A stretch of DNA of 64,000 nt from an uncultured Thermoprotei archaeon (GTDB taxonomy: Archaea > Thermoproteota > Thermoprotei > QMSL01 > B3-G16): the NCBI GenBank assembly GCA_964517845.1, contig CAZFCQ010000006.1:13817-77816 (forward strand), written 5' to 3'. Within the stretch, counting starts at the first letter, position 1; every line of letters begins with the position of its first letter. The translations under genes were made by a program, and so were the position numbers. The notes beneath the pieces are model-generated. The model saw only the letters and a program-made list of their open reading frames with translations, had not been told where the DNA came from and did not search any database. Shown here in pieces: positions 43,060 to 52,908 of the stretch.

Positions 43060-44358
43060 TCACTCTGAAATTTCCTCTAGTATCCTGCCCTTTGTCTCTT
43101 CTCCCAATAATGCTACTGTAACCGCTGAGATTATGTGTACTATTGAAAATACAAGGAATATCAGATATGTATTTCCTCTTGTTAGTTCTAATAATGCTCC
43201 AACTAGATATGGTCCTACTATACCACCTACTCTTCCTACACTATTTGCTGAACCAGCTCCTGTACCTCTTATTCTAGTTGGATATAGCTCAGGAGTATAT
43301 GCATATGTAGCTCCCCATGCTCCTAGGTTGAAGAAGGAGACTATTATTGCCCATATAAGTACTTCTATCTCAGATCTAGAGATAGCAAAAAGATAGCTTC
43401 CAATTCCTGCTAATGTCATGTACGAAGCTAATATAGACTTTCGACCAATTTTGTCTATCAATAATGCTCCGCTCCAATATCCCGGTATTTGTGCTAATGT
43501 TATGATGATCGCATAATCTAAGGATCTAACAAAGGAAATTCCATAGCCATATAGTATTCTAGGTAACCATAGGAATATTCCCCAATAAGCTAACACTATA
43601 CAGAACCAATGAATCCAAAGCATAAATGTTCGCTTTCTATATTTGGATGAAAACAGCTCACTTATTTTAGATTTCTCTTTTCTTATAGCCCTCTGTGTCC
43701 TTGTCTCTAGCTTTAGATTTAGTAAGGATAATACTCTTTTCATCTCGGTAAATCTTCCTTTTTCCTCTAAATATCTCAGTGATTCAGGAACCTTTAACAT
43801 TATTAAGGGTAATACTATTAGAGGCAGAAATCCTGCAAAGAATACTGCTCTCCATCCTTTCTCTGGCGCTAGTATTCTTCCAAAGTACATTGCTAGGAGC
43901 CATCCAAAAGCCCATGAACTCTCTAAAAAGGCTACAAAGCTTCCCCTACGCCTAGCAGGTATGTATTCTGAAAGTAACGTACTTGCTACTACCATGTATC
44001 CTGAAGAACCTATGCCTGCTAGTAATCTTAATATTGCTACATCAAAAGGACCTCGGGAGGTAGCTACTAGTCCAGTAGGCACGGAGAAGAGAAGTAATGC
44101 GGTTATTGAAGCTTTTTTCCTGCCTATTAAATCGGCTAAGCGTCCTATGCTTATTCCGCCTAAAAGCATGCCTACAAGCCAACAACTTAATAAAAGTCCC
44201 ATCATAGTCGGGCTAAGATTCCATTCTTTCTCTAAAGGTGCTGTCACCGTAGAAATAAGTCCTGCACACATTGCATCAAATGCCCATCCTAGTGCTAATG
44301 AAATTAGTAATGTATAATGAAATGTACTTATACTGACTTTTTCAAGGTACTCGCTCAT
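43060..44358 (-). CDS. MFS transporter
   Basis: 432 aa; 12 TM helices, GRLADLIGRKK TM2-3 loop motif. Confidence 0.8.
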   Translation of the reverse strand: MSEYLEKVSISTFHYTLLISLALGWAFDAMCAGLISTVTAPLEKEWNLSPTMMGLLLSCWLVGMLLGGISIGRLADLIGRKKASITALLLFSVPTGLVATSRGPFDVAILRLLAGIGSSGYMVVASTLLSEYIPARRRGSFVAFLESSWAFGWLLAMYFGRILAPEKGWRAVFFAGFLPLIVLPLIMLKVPESLRYLEEKGRFTEMKRVLSLLNLKLETRTQRAIRKEKSKISELFSSKYRKRTFMLWIHWFCIVLAYWGIFLWLPRILYGYGISFVRSLDYAIIITLAQIPGYWSGALLIDKIGRKSILASYMTLAGIGSYLFAISRSEIEVLIWAIIVSFFNLGAWGATYAYTPELYPTRIRGTGAGSANSVGRVGGIVGPYLVGALLELTRGNTYLIFLVFSIVHIISAVTVALLGEETKGRILEEISE

Positions 44359-44551
44359 GTTTTATCCCGGCACAGAAATTACAATATCACAACGTTAAAA
44401 CCCACTGATGAAGGCATTCATTGAATAAGCATATGGTAGTTAATGCAATATTTGCCTTGATGTTGTAAATACACTCGATTCCAAAATACCTTTATATCTT
44501 AAATATGATAAGCTCTTACAATATTATCTAAGATATAAGTGCAAAGTATAA

Positions 44552-45574
44552 GTGATGATCATGAGAACTCTCATTTATATGAAAGCATCACTAAGGAACA
44601 GAGCGGGCGCAATAATAAAGAAAATCTCTACCTTAGGAATCAGGGTAAAAGTATTATTTCCTGGAAAAATTGATGGGAAGGAAACTTTAAAGGATGATTA
44701 TGATTTATTTTTGATTATAGGTGATGATAAAACAGTTCTAAGAGCATTTCATGAATTATCCCTCTTTGAGGTTCCGTTTTTAGGGATTAACTATACCAAC
44801 AACATAGGGTTCTTAACTGAGATATCCTTTAATGACTTAGATTGGGCAATGGATAGACTATTGTCAGATGACTATACGGTCGAAGAGTGTAACACTCTTA
44901 CAAGCTTAATTGACTATGAAATAGAAGCCTTCGCTATTAACGATATATGCATTTTCCCCTCGAAAAGTGCAACTATAATGAAATACGACTTATGGGTTGA
45001 TGGAGAGTATATTTGGTGTGATATGGCAGATGGTATCATAATTGCTACACCTATAGGATCTACAGCTTACTCTATGTCAGCAGGTGGACCTATGTTGCTT
45101 ACAAAAGTTAGAGCTCTCGTAGTAACTCCAGTTAATTCTATAGATCTAACGAGGAGATCTTTAATAATACCTAGTGAGTCTAAAGTAGAGATAAACGAAT
45201 TAGAGTGCTCTCGAGACATAGAAGCAATTGCTGATGGTATTGAGCGATATAAAGTTAGGGAGACGATTATCCTTAGTGGGAATGGGAGAAAGCTCAAGTT
45301 AATACGTCTGAAAAGAAGTTCTCATGCCTACGATAGACTCTATAAAAAAGTAGAATTAGCCAAAGCATTAATAGAAATGCCACCAAGTGCAAAATTAGTA
45401 CTAAAAGTACTTGAATATGAAGGCCCTATGACACAAAAGGATATAGTTCAAAGAACTCTACTTCCACCACGAACTGTACGTTATGCCCTTTCATTACTTC
45501 TTAGAAAGGGCTTAGTCATGAAGACACCTAATCTTAGAGACGCTAGGCAAAGCATGTACTATGCAAGAATATGA
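44552..45574 (+). CDS. NAD kinase-like protein with C-terminal winged-helix domain
   Basis: 340 aa; NAD-kinase core (NNIGFLTE; DGIIIATPIGSTAYSMSAGGPML) but GGDGT replaced by GDDKT. An extra ~70-aa C-terminal wHTH-like region follows (KLVLKVLEYEGPMTQKDIVQRTLLPPRTVRYALSLL). Confidence 0.65.
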   Translation: MMIMRTLIYMKASLRNRAGAIIKKISTLGIRVKVLFPGKIDGKETLKDDYDLFLIIGDDKTVLRAFHELSLFEVPFLGINYTNNIGFLTEISFNDLDWAMDRLLSDDYTVEECNTLTSLIDYEIEAFAINDICIFPSKSATIMKYDLWVDGEYIWCDMADGIIIATPIGSTAYSMSAGGPMLLTKVRALVVTPVNSIDLTRRSLIIPSESKVEINELECSRDIEAIADGIERYKVRETIILSGNGRKLKLIRLKRSSHAYDRLYKKVELAKALIEMPPSAKLVLKVLEYEGPMTQKDIVQRTLLPPRTVRYALSLLLRKGLVMKTPNLRDARQSMYYARI

Positions 45575-45930
45575 GTTTCTTTACCTACTAGTAACTTGAT
45601 GAGCTCATTCTTATCCTTAATTAAGACCCTAAGGGGTTTTACTAATAATACATCGTCATCGTTACTAATGAATAGCCTCTTTAAGATAAGCCTTGTATGA
45701 TTCCAACCTATTTTCTCTGGTAAATCTTTAATTAGGTACTCAGTGTAGCCCATCTTACTGAAGAACTTTCTGGATACCACGTTTTCCTTTACAGTTGAAG
45801 CTAGTGCAAATTTAGCTTTATTTCTAACAAAGTATTCTTCACTATATGATAGCAATTTCCTTCCTATACCACATCCTCTGACTTTACGATGCACTCCAAT
45901 ATAGTAAACTACTCCACATAAATTACTCAT
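45559..45930 (-). CDS. GNAT family N-acetyltransferase (start codon uncertain; ORF may extend to ~46101)
   Basis: Acetyl-CoA binding motif RKVRGCGIGRKLL. The same frame stays open upstream for 57 more codons (LIRRLNIEDIDKVIKL...) with no ATG/GTG/TTG. Confidence 0.55.
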   Translation of the reverse strand: MSNLCGVVYYIGVHRKVRGCGIGRKLLSYSEEYFVRNKAKFALASTVKENVVSRKFFSKMGYTEYLIKDLPEKIGWNHTRLILKRLFISNDDDVLLVKPLRVLIKDKNELIKLLVGKETHILA

Positions 45931-46201
45931 AATATGGGTTAGATATGTCTCAACGAAGCCTAGTATCTGACCAGAACTTTCTACTACAAAGGTTCTAGTA
46001 AACCATAGTCCCTCTATAGCACATATCTGATTATATGGATCGAAGGTATCTCTAATGAGTTTGATTACTTTGTCTATATCCTCTATGTTTAATCTTCTAA
46101 TTAGTTATCCCGTATAGACTGTCATCCTCCAATCCTCCGCATTATCAATAGAGGATATGAGATAAGGGGTTAATAATGTTATTCCTCATCTTTATGAACG
46201 C

Positions 46202-46939
46202 TTAGATGTAGGTTAACACCTTTACCTTATTGGATAATTCCTCCTCTACATTTTTCATCCATTTCTTACCTACTGCTATCATAATGAAAATACCTACTAT
46301 TTCACTATGACCCTTCCTAGCTAAGTTAATTAGGACTTTTAATGTCCTTCCACTTCTAACTAAATCGTCAACAATGAGTATTCTATCCTCCTTAGTGAGA
46401 GTACGTTTTGGTACATAATATGTTTCTTGAATAGGTGAACTCTCAGGAATGAATGCTTCTTCGAGGAACTCCATAACTCCTACATCTTTTGATCTTTTAG
46501 CTATAACTAAGGGTACTCCAAAGGTGTACGCTACCATGGTGGCTAACGGAATTCCGTTAACGGCTGCTGTTAGAATTCTTGTAACTCCACTATCCTTATA
46601 AGTCATGTAAGCTTCATCAGCAACCATCTTAAGGATATAGGGATCGCATATCAAATCTGTTAAATCAATATATCCTTCTTCATCTACCCTTACCCTACTC
46701 CTTATTAGTAGTCCTATATCCTGAACTTTCTTTATATCCTCAAGTAGCTTCTTTGCTAGCGTATAACTAGGAAGAAGATTTCCTCTTACATATCGACAGA
46801 GGATTGCTTCCGAGATACTAAGTCTTCTAGAAAGCTCTCTATATGAGTACAGCCTCTTCAGAGCTCTTAATCTTTCTATGACCATAAGTTGTGTCTTAAC
46901 TTTTTCTATTCTTAACACCTTTTTCATTCTCTCTGCCAT
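46202..46939 (-). CDS. HTH-fused phosphoribosyltransferase-type transcription regulator (GfcR/PyrE-like PRTase regulator)
   Basis: 245 aa; N-terminal HTH (YSYRELSRRLSISEAILCRYV), C-terminal PRTase PRPP-binding motif ILIVDDLVRSGRT. Confidence 0.6.
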   Translation of the reverse strand: MAERMKKVLRIEKVKTQLMVIERLRALKRLYSYRELSRRLSISEAILCRYVRGNLLPSYTLAKKLLEDIKKVQDIGLLIRSRVRVDEEGYIDLTDLICDPYILKMVADEAYMTYKDSGVTRILTAAVNGIPLATMVAYTFGVPLVIAKRSKDVGVMEFLEEAFIPESSPIQETYYVPKRTLTKEDRILIVDDLVRSGRTLKVLINLARKGHSEIVGIFIMIAVGKKWMKNVEEELSNKVKVLTYI

Positions 46940-47166
46940 TAATTATGCTCTATTTCATTAAGTGAGTATACATACATATTTAAGCGTTAAGTACAGTAAA
47001 GTCTTCATGTTTTTTCTTCAGGGTTTTTAATGAAGAACTTACTTAATTCTATAGTACCTCCAATATTACCTTGATAATACTTAGGTATCATGCATTCTTA
47101 CTGATAGTTTACTTCTTTTAAACCATGTCATAGATTTTGTCATTGAGACTATGGAGGTGGACTCAC

Positions 47167-50055
47167 ATGAAGAATATCTGGAATACAATATTATGCATCA
47201 TGATCATGCTCCTCGCCTTCCTTACACCTCTCTCTTTTAATTTAATTAAAGCTAGTAATGTACATAAAATATACTTACTGTACCTTGCCAATGATGCCGA
47301 TTTTATAGATATAACTCCATCCATTAAAGATATGCTTATTCAAAGATTCGAGAACAATGATCTAGTTACTGTAATAACGGATATGGATTCCTACAGAGAG
47401 GTATTAACGAATGCTTCTCAAGGTGATATTATAGTTAATCTTCATGGTTCTGTAATCCCTCTACCACCTCCATATACAAGCTTAGGTTCATCAGGAGCTT
47501 TTAAGTTCATTAAAGATTTAGCATTAAATATTAGTAGAAGAGGGTTTGCGTTTATTAACATTGCTGGTTTACCTTTTAAGTATGCTTCTAATAAACGTGA
47601 ACATATATTTATAGAACTTAATGAAGAAGGAATAATTCAATTTTTCAAGGTTCTTAATTATACTGTTAAAGTAGATGGCTTTATAAAATCTGCAGGAGGC
47701 TTAGACTATGCTTCCATAACTGTTGATGGTATAAATGCCTCTAAACTTTCAGATATTTCTCTTCCTACAAGAGTTTCAGCAATATATAGCATTTCAACTA
47801 ATCTAGCGCCGCTATTTACACTTTATGCAACAGATGTAGTTGGATACCTAAGACCTTTTGAAACAGTTGCTGCTTATCCCCTTGGAAAAGGATTCTATAT
47901 ACATGTGGGTATGTGGTACGAGTCCGATAATATAAAGATAGATGTGGTCATTGCTTCATTAGTTTACCTTACTAAACTCGCAGAGCTTACTCCTGAAGTA
48001 TACATAATTGCACTTAATGATACTGCATGGTACGGTGTAAATCCATATGTTTCTCTCCAATACCTTAAAGAGAGACTTAATATGCTAAATATAAGCTACT
48101 ATATAGTCGACTCTAACAAAGCTCTATACGAGTTAATAATGTCTGATATGCGGAATGTAGTAGTAATTAACCTTCATGGTTCTGTAATCCCGATTCCAGA
48201 GGAATACCTCACATCTTCAGAGAATACTAAGACCTCTGTTTATGAATACATAGTTGACCTTGCTAGATGTGTAAGAGATAAGGGATGGATATACGTGAAT
48301 GTCGCTGGGTATCCTTTCTCTATAGTAGCGTGTGGAAAATCTCAGTTCTGGTATGTTACTAATACTGCTGGTTTATCGACTTTCTTAGCAGCAGCAAGTA
48401 ACTTCACCGTAGGTGGTTATTGCTGGGATGGTCTCTCTGATAGACCATTAGGTGCTATTTTAACAGATGATGGAATAATGACCGTGAGAGAGCTTAACCT
48501 AAAGCCTTGGGAAGTTTGGGGAGCTATCATAGCACAATATAGCCTCAATACCTCTGCTCCATGCCTCACCTCACTCTACGATACGTTCTTACTAATAAGC
48601 GATAGGAAATATAGAGCAGTAGCTAGCTTAAGATATGGTCAAGGGATCTTTGCTTTCATAGGCTTAGGACAGCAAGTTCCCGATTCTGTAAAAGCATCAC
48701 TAGGCTTTTTACTAATTTCAATAGTTAAGCCTAAGAAATTAACAATTTGCGTATCTGATTCAGAACTAAAGCCTATAGGAACTGTTGAAGTGTCTATTAC
48801 TGTAGGTAATACGGAAATAGAAAAAGGCTATACTAATGAGAGTGGTATCTTTAGTACATTTCTAAGCGGTGGTATCTATACTATTGCCTTATTCCACGAG
48901 GGTTTCTCTCCCCTTACTTTACAATACAGACTACTAACTCTTCCAGGGAATCTTAATGTAACTTTAGAACCCATACAACTCAAGATACGTGCTATAGATA
49001 TACTTACACAAGATCCTGTAGTAAATGCTACCGTAACTATAGTTGATGCCTATGGCAACAATGTATCTTCTATGTTAACGGATTCACAAGGATATGCTAT
49101 TTTCAATTTACCATCAGGTTCTTATTACGTGGTAATACAGGCAACTGGATATACTCAGTATAAGAGCTCGCTCATAGAACTATCTAGCACTACGTACTTA
49201 GAGGTTCCTTTAAGGAGATCTTTCAAAGGCCTTTACATCCGTGTAATAGATGCCAATTCAAGGAGGCCTCTTTCTTCAATGAGCGTAAAAGTATTTGAAG
49301 ATGAGTCACTAATTTATGAAGGTATCACTAATGAGGATGGCCTTATAACGGTCAACTTAGCAAACTCCTCGACTCTACGAGTTGAAGTCTATGATGGTAA
49401 TATGCTAGTTGGAATGAGCGCATTTACAGCTTCTAACCTTATGAGTTCCATGATAGTAGAGATCCCAGTCTTCAAGGACGTTAAGTACAAGAGTCTCTAT
49501 CAAAAGGAAGTCCAGCTTTATAAGAGTTTAAAAAGAGAATACGAATCTCTGCTTTCTAAGTATAACTCTTTACATAAGAAATACAATTCTTTAAGTGATA
49601 AGTATTCGGAACTTAGTAAGAGCTATTCGAAGCTTAAAGAATCATTCCTTGAGCTAGAAGATAGATATTTAGAGATTAACAAAGCATACTTCATTCTAAA
49701 TAGGACCTTTAATGAGCTAATGGTTAATTATACTGAGATGTTAGAAAGCTTCGAGAATTTAAATAATGAATATAAGAGCCTCGAGGTAAACTTTACTAAG
49801 CTTAACGATATGTATATACAATTAGCAAGTAATTATACAGTACTTGAAGATCAATTTAATGAACTAAAGGCTTGGAACGCAACACTAACTACAAAATATA
49901 ATGAACTATTAGAAGTAAAGAATAAGTATGAGAGTTTAAAGAGGACTTGGCCCCTAGTATCCTTGGCAATAGCTATCTTAAGTATGGTAATTGGGACGGC
50001 ATTAGGCTATGCATATGGTAAACGTAGAGGTGAGTACTTAGTTATAAATCCTTAG
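47167..50055 (+). CDS. Large surface protein: signal peptide, internally duplicated N-terminal domains, 3x transthyretin-like repeats, extracellular coiled-coil stalk, C-terminal TM anchor (locus B, gene 1)
   Basis: Signal peptide MKNIWNTILCIMIMLLAFL (ORF opens at 47137); duplicated ~230-aa modules (IVNLHGSVIPLPPPY / VINLHGSVIPIPEEY); three CarbopepD_reg-like repeats; heptad YxSL coiled coil; terminal TM WPLVSLAIAILSMVIGTALGYAY then KRRGE. Confidence 0.65.
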   Translation: MKNIWNTILCIMIMLLAFLTPLSFNLIKASNVHKIYLLYLANDADFIDITPSIKDMLIQRFENNDLVTVITDMDSYREVLTNASQGDIIVNLHGSVIPLPPPYTSLGSSGAFKFIKDLALNISRRGFAFINIAGLPFKYASNKREHIFIELNEEGIIQFFKVLNYTVKVDGFIKSAGGLDYASITVDGINASKLSDISLPTRVSAIYSISTNLAPLFTLYATDVVGYLRPFETVAAYPLGKGFYIHVGMWYESDNIKIDVVIASLVYLTKLAELTPEVYIIALNDTAWYGVNPYVSLQYLKERLNMLNISYYIVDSNKALYELIMSDMRNVVVINLHGSVIPIPEEYLTSSENTKTSVYEYIVDLARCVRDKGWIYVNVAGYPFSIVACGKSQFWYVTNTAGLSTFLAAASNFTVGGYCWDGLSDRPLGAILTDDGIMTVRELNLKPWEVWGAIIAQYSLNTSAPCLTSLYDTFLLISDRKYRAVASLRYGQGIFAFIGLGQQVPDSVKASLGFLLISIVKPKKLTICVSDSELKPIGTVEVSITVGNTEIEKGYTNESGIFSTFLSGGIYTIALFHEGFSPLTLQYRLLTLPGNLNVTLEPIQLKIRAIDILTQDPVVNATVTIVDAYGNNVSSMLTDSQGYAIFNLPSGSYYVVIQATGYTQYKSSLIELSSTTYLEVPLRRSFKGLYIRVIDANSRRPLSSMSVKVFEDESLIYEGITNEDGLITVNLANSSTLRVEVYDGNMLVGMSAFTASNLMSSMIVEIPVFKDVKYKSLYQKEVQLYKSLKREYESLLSKYNSLHKKYNSLSDKYSELSKSYSKLKESFLELEDRYLEINKAYFILNRTFNELMVNYTEMLESFENLNNEYKSLEVNFTKLNDMYIQLASNYTVLEDQFNELKAWNATLTTKYNELLEVKNKYESLKRTWPLVSLAIAILSMVIGTALGYAYGKRRGEYLVINP

Positions 50056-50076
50056 CATTAAAGGGGTACCAACCCT

Positions 50077-52836
50077 ATGAATAATACTACCATAGTTATC
50101 GGTAGGCAGGAGAATGGAGAACCTTTTAATATTAATATAGACTCACTATTAAAGCATACTATAGTATTAGGTGCAACAGGATCAGGAAAGACTACACTAT
50201 GTAAAGCGATAATAGAGGAATTAGCGTTAAGGGGCTACCCTATAATTGCTATAGATCCTAAGGGAGACATAGGCGCTTTAGCAATTGCCTCTCCTAATCT
50301 AAATTTCCGTCCTTGGTCTGATATCGAAGCTAAGGAAAGTGGAATGGATCCAGAGCTATATGCTGAAAAGCTCAGAAAACTTTATTTAAATGAGCTAGCT
50401 AAATGGGGGATTACACTTAATAGAATTAGGAGTTATGTAGAAAATGTCCATGTCACTATATATACTCCTAGGAGTACTGTAGGAGTTCCTCTTTCTATAA
50501 AGCCTTCATTAAATCCATTACCTAATATCGAGCAGATAATTGCTGAAGATAAAAGCATACTGTATGATGCTATCGACAATACTGTTTCACTCTTACTTAA
50601 ACTAGCTGGATATAGCGATAAAAATACGCAAGAACATGCTCTACTCTCTCAGATAATAGAATTTCATTGGCTCCAGAAAGAGGAATTATCATTAGAAACC
50701 CTAATCCAGGAAGTAATAAATCCACCTTTTGATAGGATTGGTTCCTTAAGCGTAGAAGAATTTATTCCACAAAGAAGTAGGCTTAAGCTAGCTCGTAATC
50801 TTAACATTCTGCTCTCTCATCCTATGTACAAAAGCTGGTTAGAAGGTGAAACTATCGATTTTGACAAATACTTTAATCAACGAGGAACAATATCGGTAAT
50901 AGACCTTAGATTTATGAGTACTTTAGAAGAGAAACAGTTCTTCATAGGAGCTTTTTTGCAGGAGTTTTATAGATGGTTACTACGTAAGGGCGGCACTTCT
51001 AAGCTTAGGCTCGTACTCTACTTTGATGAGCTTGTCGGATTTATACCCCCTGTAGGTAAGCCACCTTCTAAGACAGGTTTATTACTTTTAATTAAACAAG
51101 GGAGAGCTTTTGGTTTAGGTTGCTTACTAGCTACTCAAAACCCTGCTGATATAGATTATAAAATACTATCAAATGCTGCGCATAGATTCATAGGACGCTT
51201 AGCAACTAAACAAGATATAGACAAAGTAAAAAGAGGTCTTAACATAGATGAAAACCTAGTAGAGACAATTCCTCGTCTAAAACCCCGTACATTCCTATAT
51301 CACAACTATGAAACAGGCAAAACTACGATAGTACGTTCTCGTTGGCTTATGACATACCATAGAGGGCCTCTCCAACCAGATGAAATAAGAAAACTCATGA
51401 AGAAAGAAAAAAAGGTCTATAAAAATGAACCCCCTCCTCTAAAAGACCTGATCCTAATTAAGCCACGAATAACAGCTGAGGAAGTAACCAGATTACTAGA
51501 AGATTTAGGCTTTCACGTTATTAACATATCAGAGACTGTCATTAGACACCCATACTACTTAGTCCGCCTCTCTACTGATTTCAAAGTAAAAGAGGGGAAA
51601 ACTATCAATTATAAGGAAAACCTAATTGTAGTAATGAATAGAAAAGAGCCTATGCTTATAGAGAGTTTAAGAGGAAGAGAACCCTCAGAAGTTCTAGTGC
51701 GCGGATTCGTTAATGGTAATAATATGTCTTTCTCCAAGGTAGGAAGGTTACTTCAAGATCACGAGGTAGTAAGGATTATACATAATAAACTCAAGCTTAA
51801 AGTCTTCTATATAGCTCCTCTTGATCGTATAGTATTTAATGAAAATGAGCTTGAGAAGCTCACCAAAGAGATCGAGAGAAAGATCAAGAGTGAATTAGTT
51901 AAAGTTGAAAATGAGCTTAAAGTAAAATTTGAATTACATAAAAAAGAGTTAGTAAGCTCCAAACCATTACTTGAAGCGGAGCTAAAACTTAGGCAGAGTT
52001 ATTACAATTCTTTAAGTTCTAGAATACGTCGTCTTGAACGTATAAGGAATGAGTTACGTTATAGGAAGAAAGAAACTGAGGAAATCTCTAAAGAGCTTAA
52101 GGAACTCAGACGCGAACTAAGATCTCTTAAAAAGAAAATTAACAAGCTTAAAGAGGAATTAGAGAATATCAATAAGGAGTTACTACTCATGGATTCTACT
52201 TTCAAACAAACACTTGAAGAAGTAAGGAGGAAATACTACTCATACCTTAAAGAGGCTATTCATGAAATTAAGATACATCCAAGAATTAAGATAGTAGAAA
52301 AGGGATATGCAGGTATCCTCAAGTATGAAATTAAGGTGAAGTATGCTAACGCTTTTCTAAATCTATCGCTCAATCCTTATTCTCTTTCTCTTAACTTTGG
52401 TAGGTGCTCCATATGTGGCTCTTTAGTCATCAAATATTTAAATGAACTTAATTCAAAAGACAAGATACCGCTATGTAACTACTGTGGTTCTGTATTATGT
52501 GATGTCCATGCTTTAAGATGTTCTTTTTGTCACACTACTGTATGCATAAGGCATGTTAATTTCTGTTCTGTATGTGGCAGGCCTCTGTGCCCTAATCATA
52601 CTCATAAATGTTCTGTATGTAATACCTATCTCTGCCCTGATCATACTGCTTTCTGCTCTATATGCAAGGCTGCCCTCTGTCCCTCTCATGTGGTATACTG
52701 CTCTTTATGTGGTAAACCGCTCTGTAGCCATTGTGTAATATATAAACGAAGGATCCTCTGGAAGAGGCCTATTTGCCCTAATTGTCTAGGGAGCTCTAAG
52801 GATGAGGACTCGTTTACACTACACGTTGGATATTAA
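50077..52836 (+). CDS. HerA/FtsK/VirB4-superfamily (DUF87-like) P-loop ATPase fused to a long coiled coil and a C-terminal array of tandem zinc knuckles (locus B, gene 2)
   Basis: 919 aa; Walker A LGATGSGKTT, Walker B LVLYFDELVGF, LLATQNPADIDYKILSNAAHRFIGRL arginine-finger region; ~180-aa coiled coil; six tandem 15-aa C-S-x-C-x4-C-x2-H units. Confidence 0.7.
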   Translation: MNNTTIVIGRQENGEPFNINIDSLLKHTIVLGATGSGKTTLCKAIIEELALRGYPIIAIDPKGDIGALAIASPNLNFRPWSDIEAKESGMDPELYAEKLRKLYLNELAKWGITLNRIRSYVENVHVTIYTPRSTVGVPLSIKPSLNPLPNIEQIIAEDKSILYDAIDNTVSLLLKLAGYSDKNTQEHALLSQIIEFHWLQKEELSLETLIQEVINPPFDRIGSLSVEEFIPQRSRLKLARNLNILLSHPMYKSWLEGETIDFDKYFNQRGTISVIDLRFMSTLEEKQFFIGAFLQEFYRWLLRKGGTSKLRLVLYFDELVGFIPPVGKPPSKTGLLLLIKQGRAFGLGCLLATQNPADIDYKILSNAAHRFIGRLATKQDIDKVKRGLNIDENLVETIPRLKPRTFLYHNYETGKTTIVRSRWLMTYHRGPLQPDEIRKLMKKEKKVYKNEPPPLKDLILIKPRITAEEVTRLLEDLGFHVINISETVIRHPYYLVRLSTDFKVKEGKTINYKENLIVVMNRKEPMLIESLRGREPSEVLVRGFVNGNNMSFSKVGRLLQDHEVVRIIHNKLKLKVFYIAPLDRIVFNENELEKLTKEIERKIKSELVKVENELKVKFELHKKELVSSKPLLEAELKLRQSYYNSLSSRIRRLERIRNELRYRKKETEEISKELKELRRELRSLKKKINKLKEELENINKELLLMDSTFKQTLEEVRRKYYSYLKEAIHEIKIHPRIKIVEKGYAGILKYEIKVKYANAFLNLSLNPYSLSLNFGRCSICGSLVIKYLNELNSKDKIPLCNYCGSVLCDVHALRCSFCHTTVCIRHVNFCSVCGRPLCPNHTHKCSVCNTYLCPDHTAFCSICKAALCPSHVVYCSLCGKPLCSHCVIYKRRILWKRPICPNCLGSSKDEDSFTLHVGY
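52474..52790 (+). repeat. Tandem 45-nt direct repeats (about six units) encoding the Cys/His zinc-knuckle array inside CDS 50077..52836
   Basis: Units such as tgttctgtatgtggcaggcctctgtgccctaatcatactcataaa, tgttctgtatgtaatacctatctctgccctgatcatactgctttc and tgctctatatgcaaggctgccctctgtccctctcatgtggtatac are visible in sequence. Confidence 0.8.
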
Positions 52837-52908
52837 TCCTTCTTACTATGTTTTGAAAAATTAGCTTAATATAAGTCGAGTGTTTTAGAACTCAATCGGG
52901 ACATTATA

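Noticed and set aside
44359-44551. Possible C/D-box sRNA (CTGATGA box at ~44407, second TGATG at ~44456)
   Set aside because: No CTGA D or D' boxes at the required spacing and no terminal stem. More likely the AT-rich divergent promoter region between the MFS and NAD-kinase genes
52553-52738. 61-aa ORF (+ strand, other frame) inside the ATPase gene
   Set aside because: Lies entirely within the 45-nt tandem repeat region of CDS 50077..52836; a frame-shifted artefact of the repeat (its protein is itself repetitive), not a separate gene
52474-52790. Possible CRISPR-like array because of the regular 45-nt periodicity
   Set aside because: Repeats are contiguous with no spacers, imperfect at synonymous positions, and sit in frame inside a long ORF encoding Cys/His knuckles; no cas genes nearby
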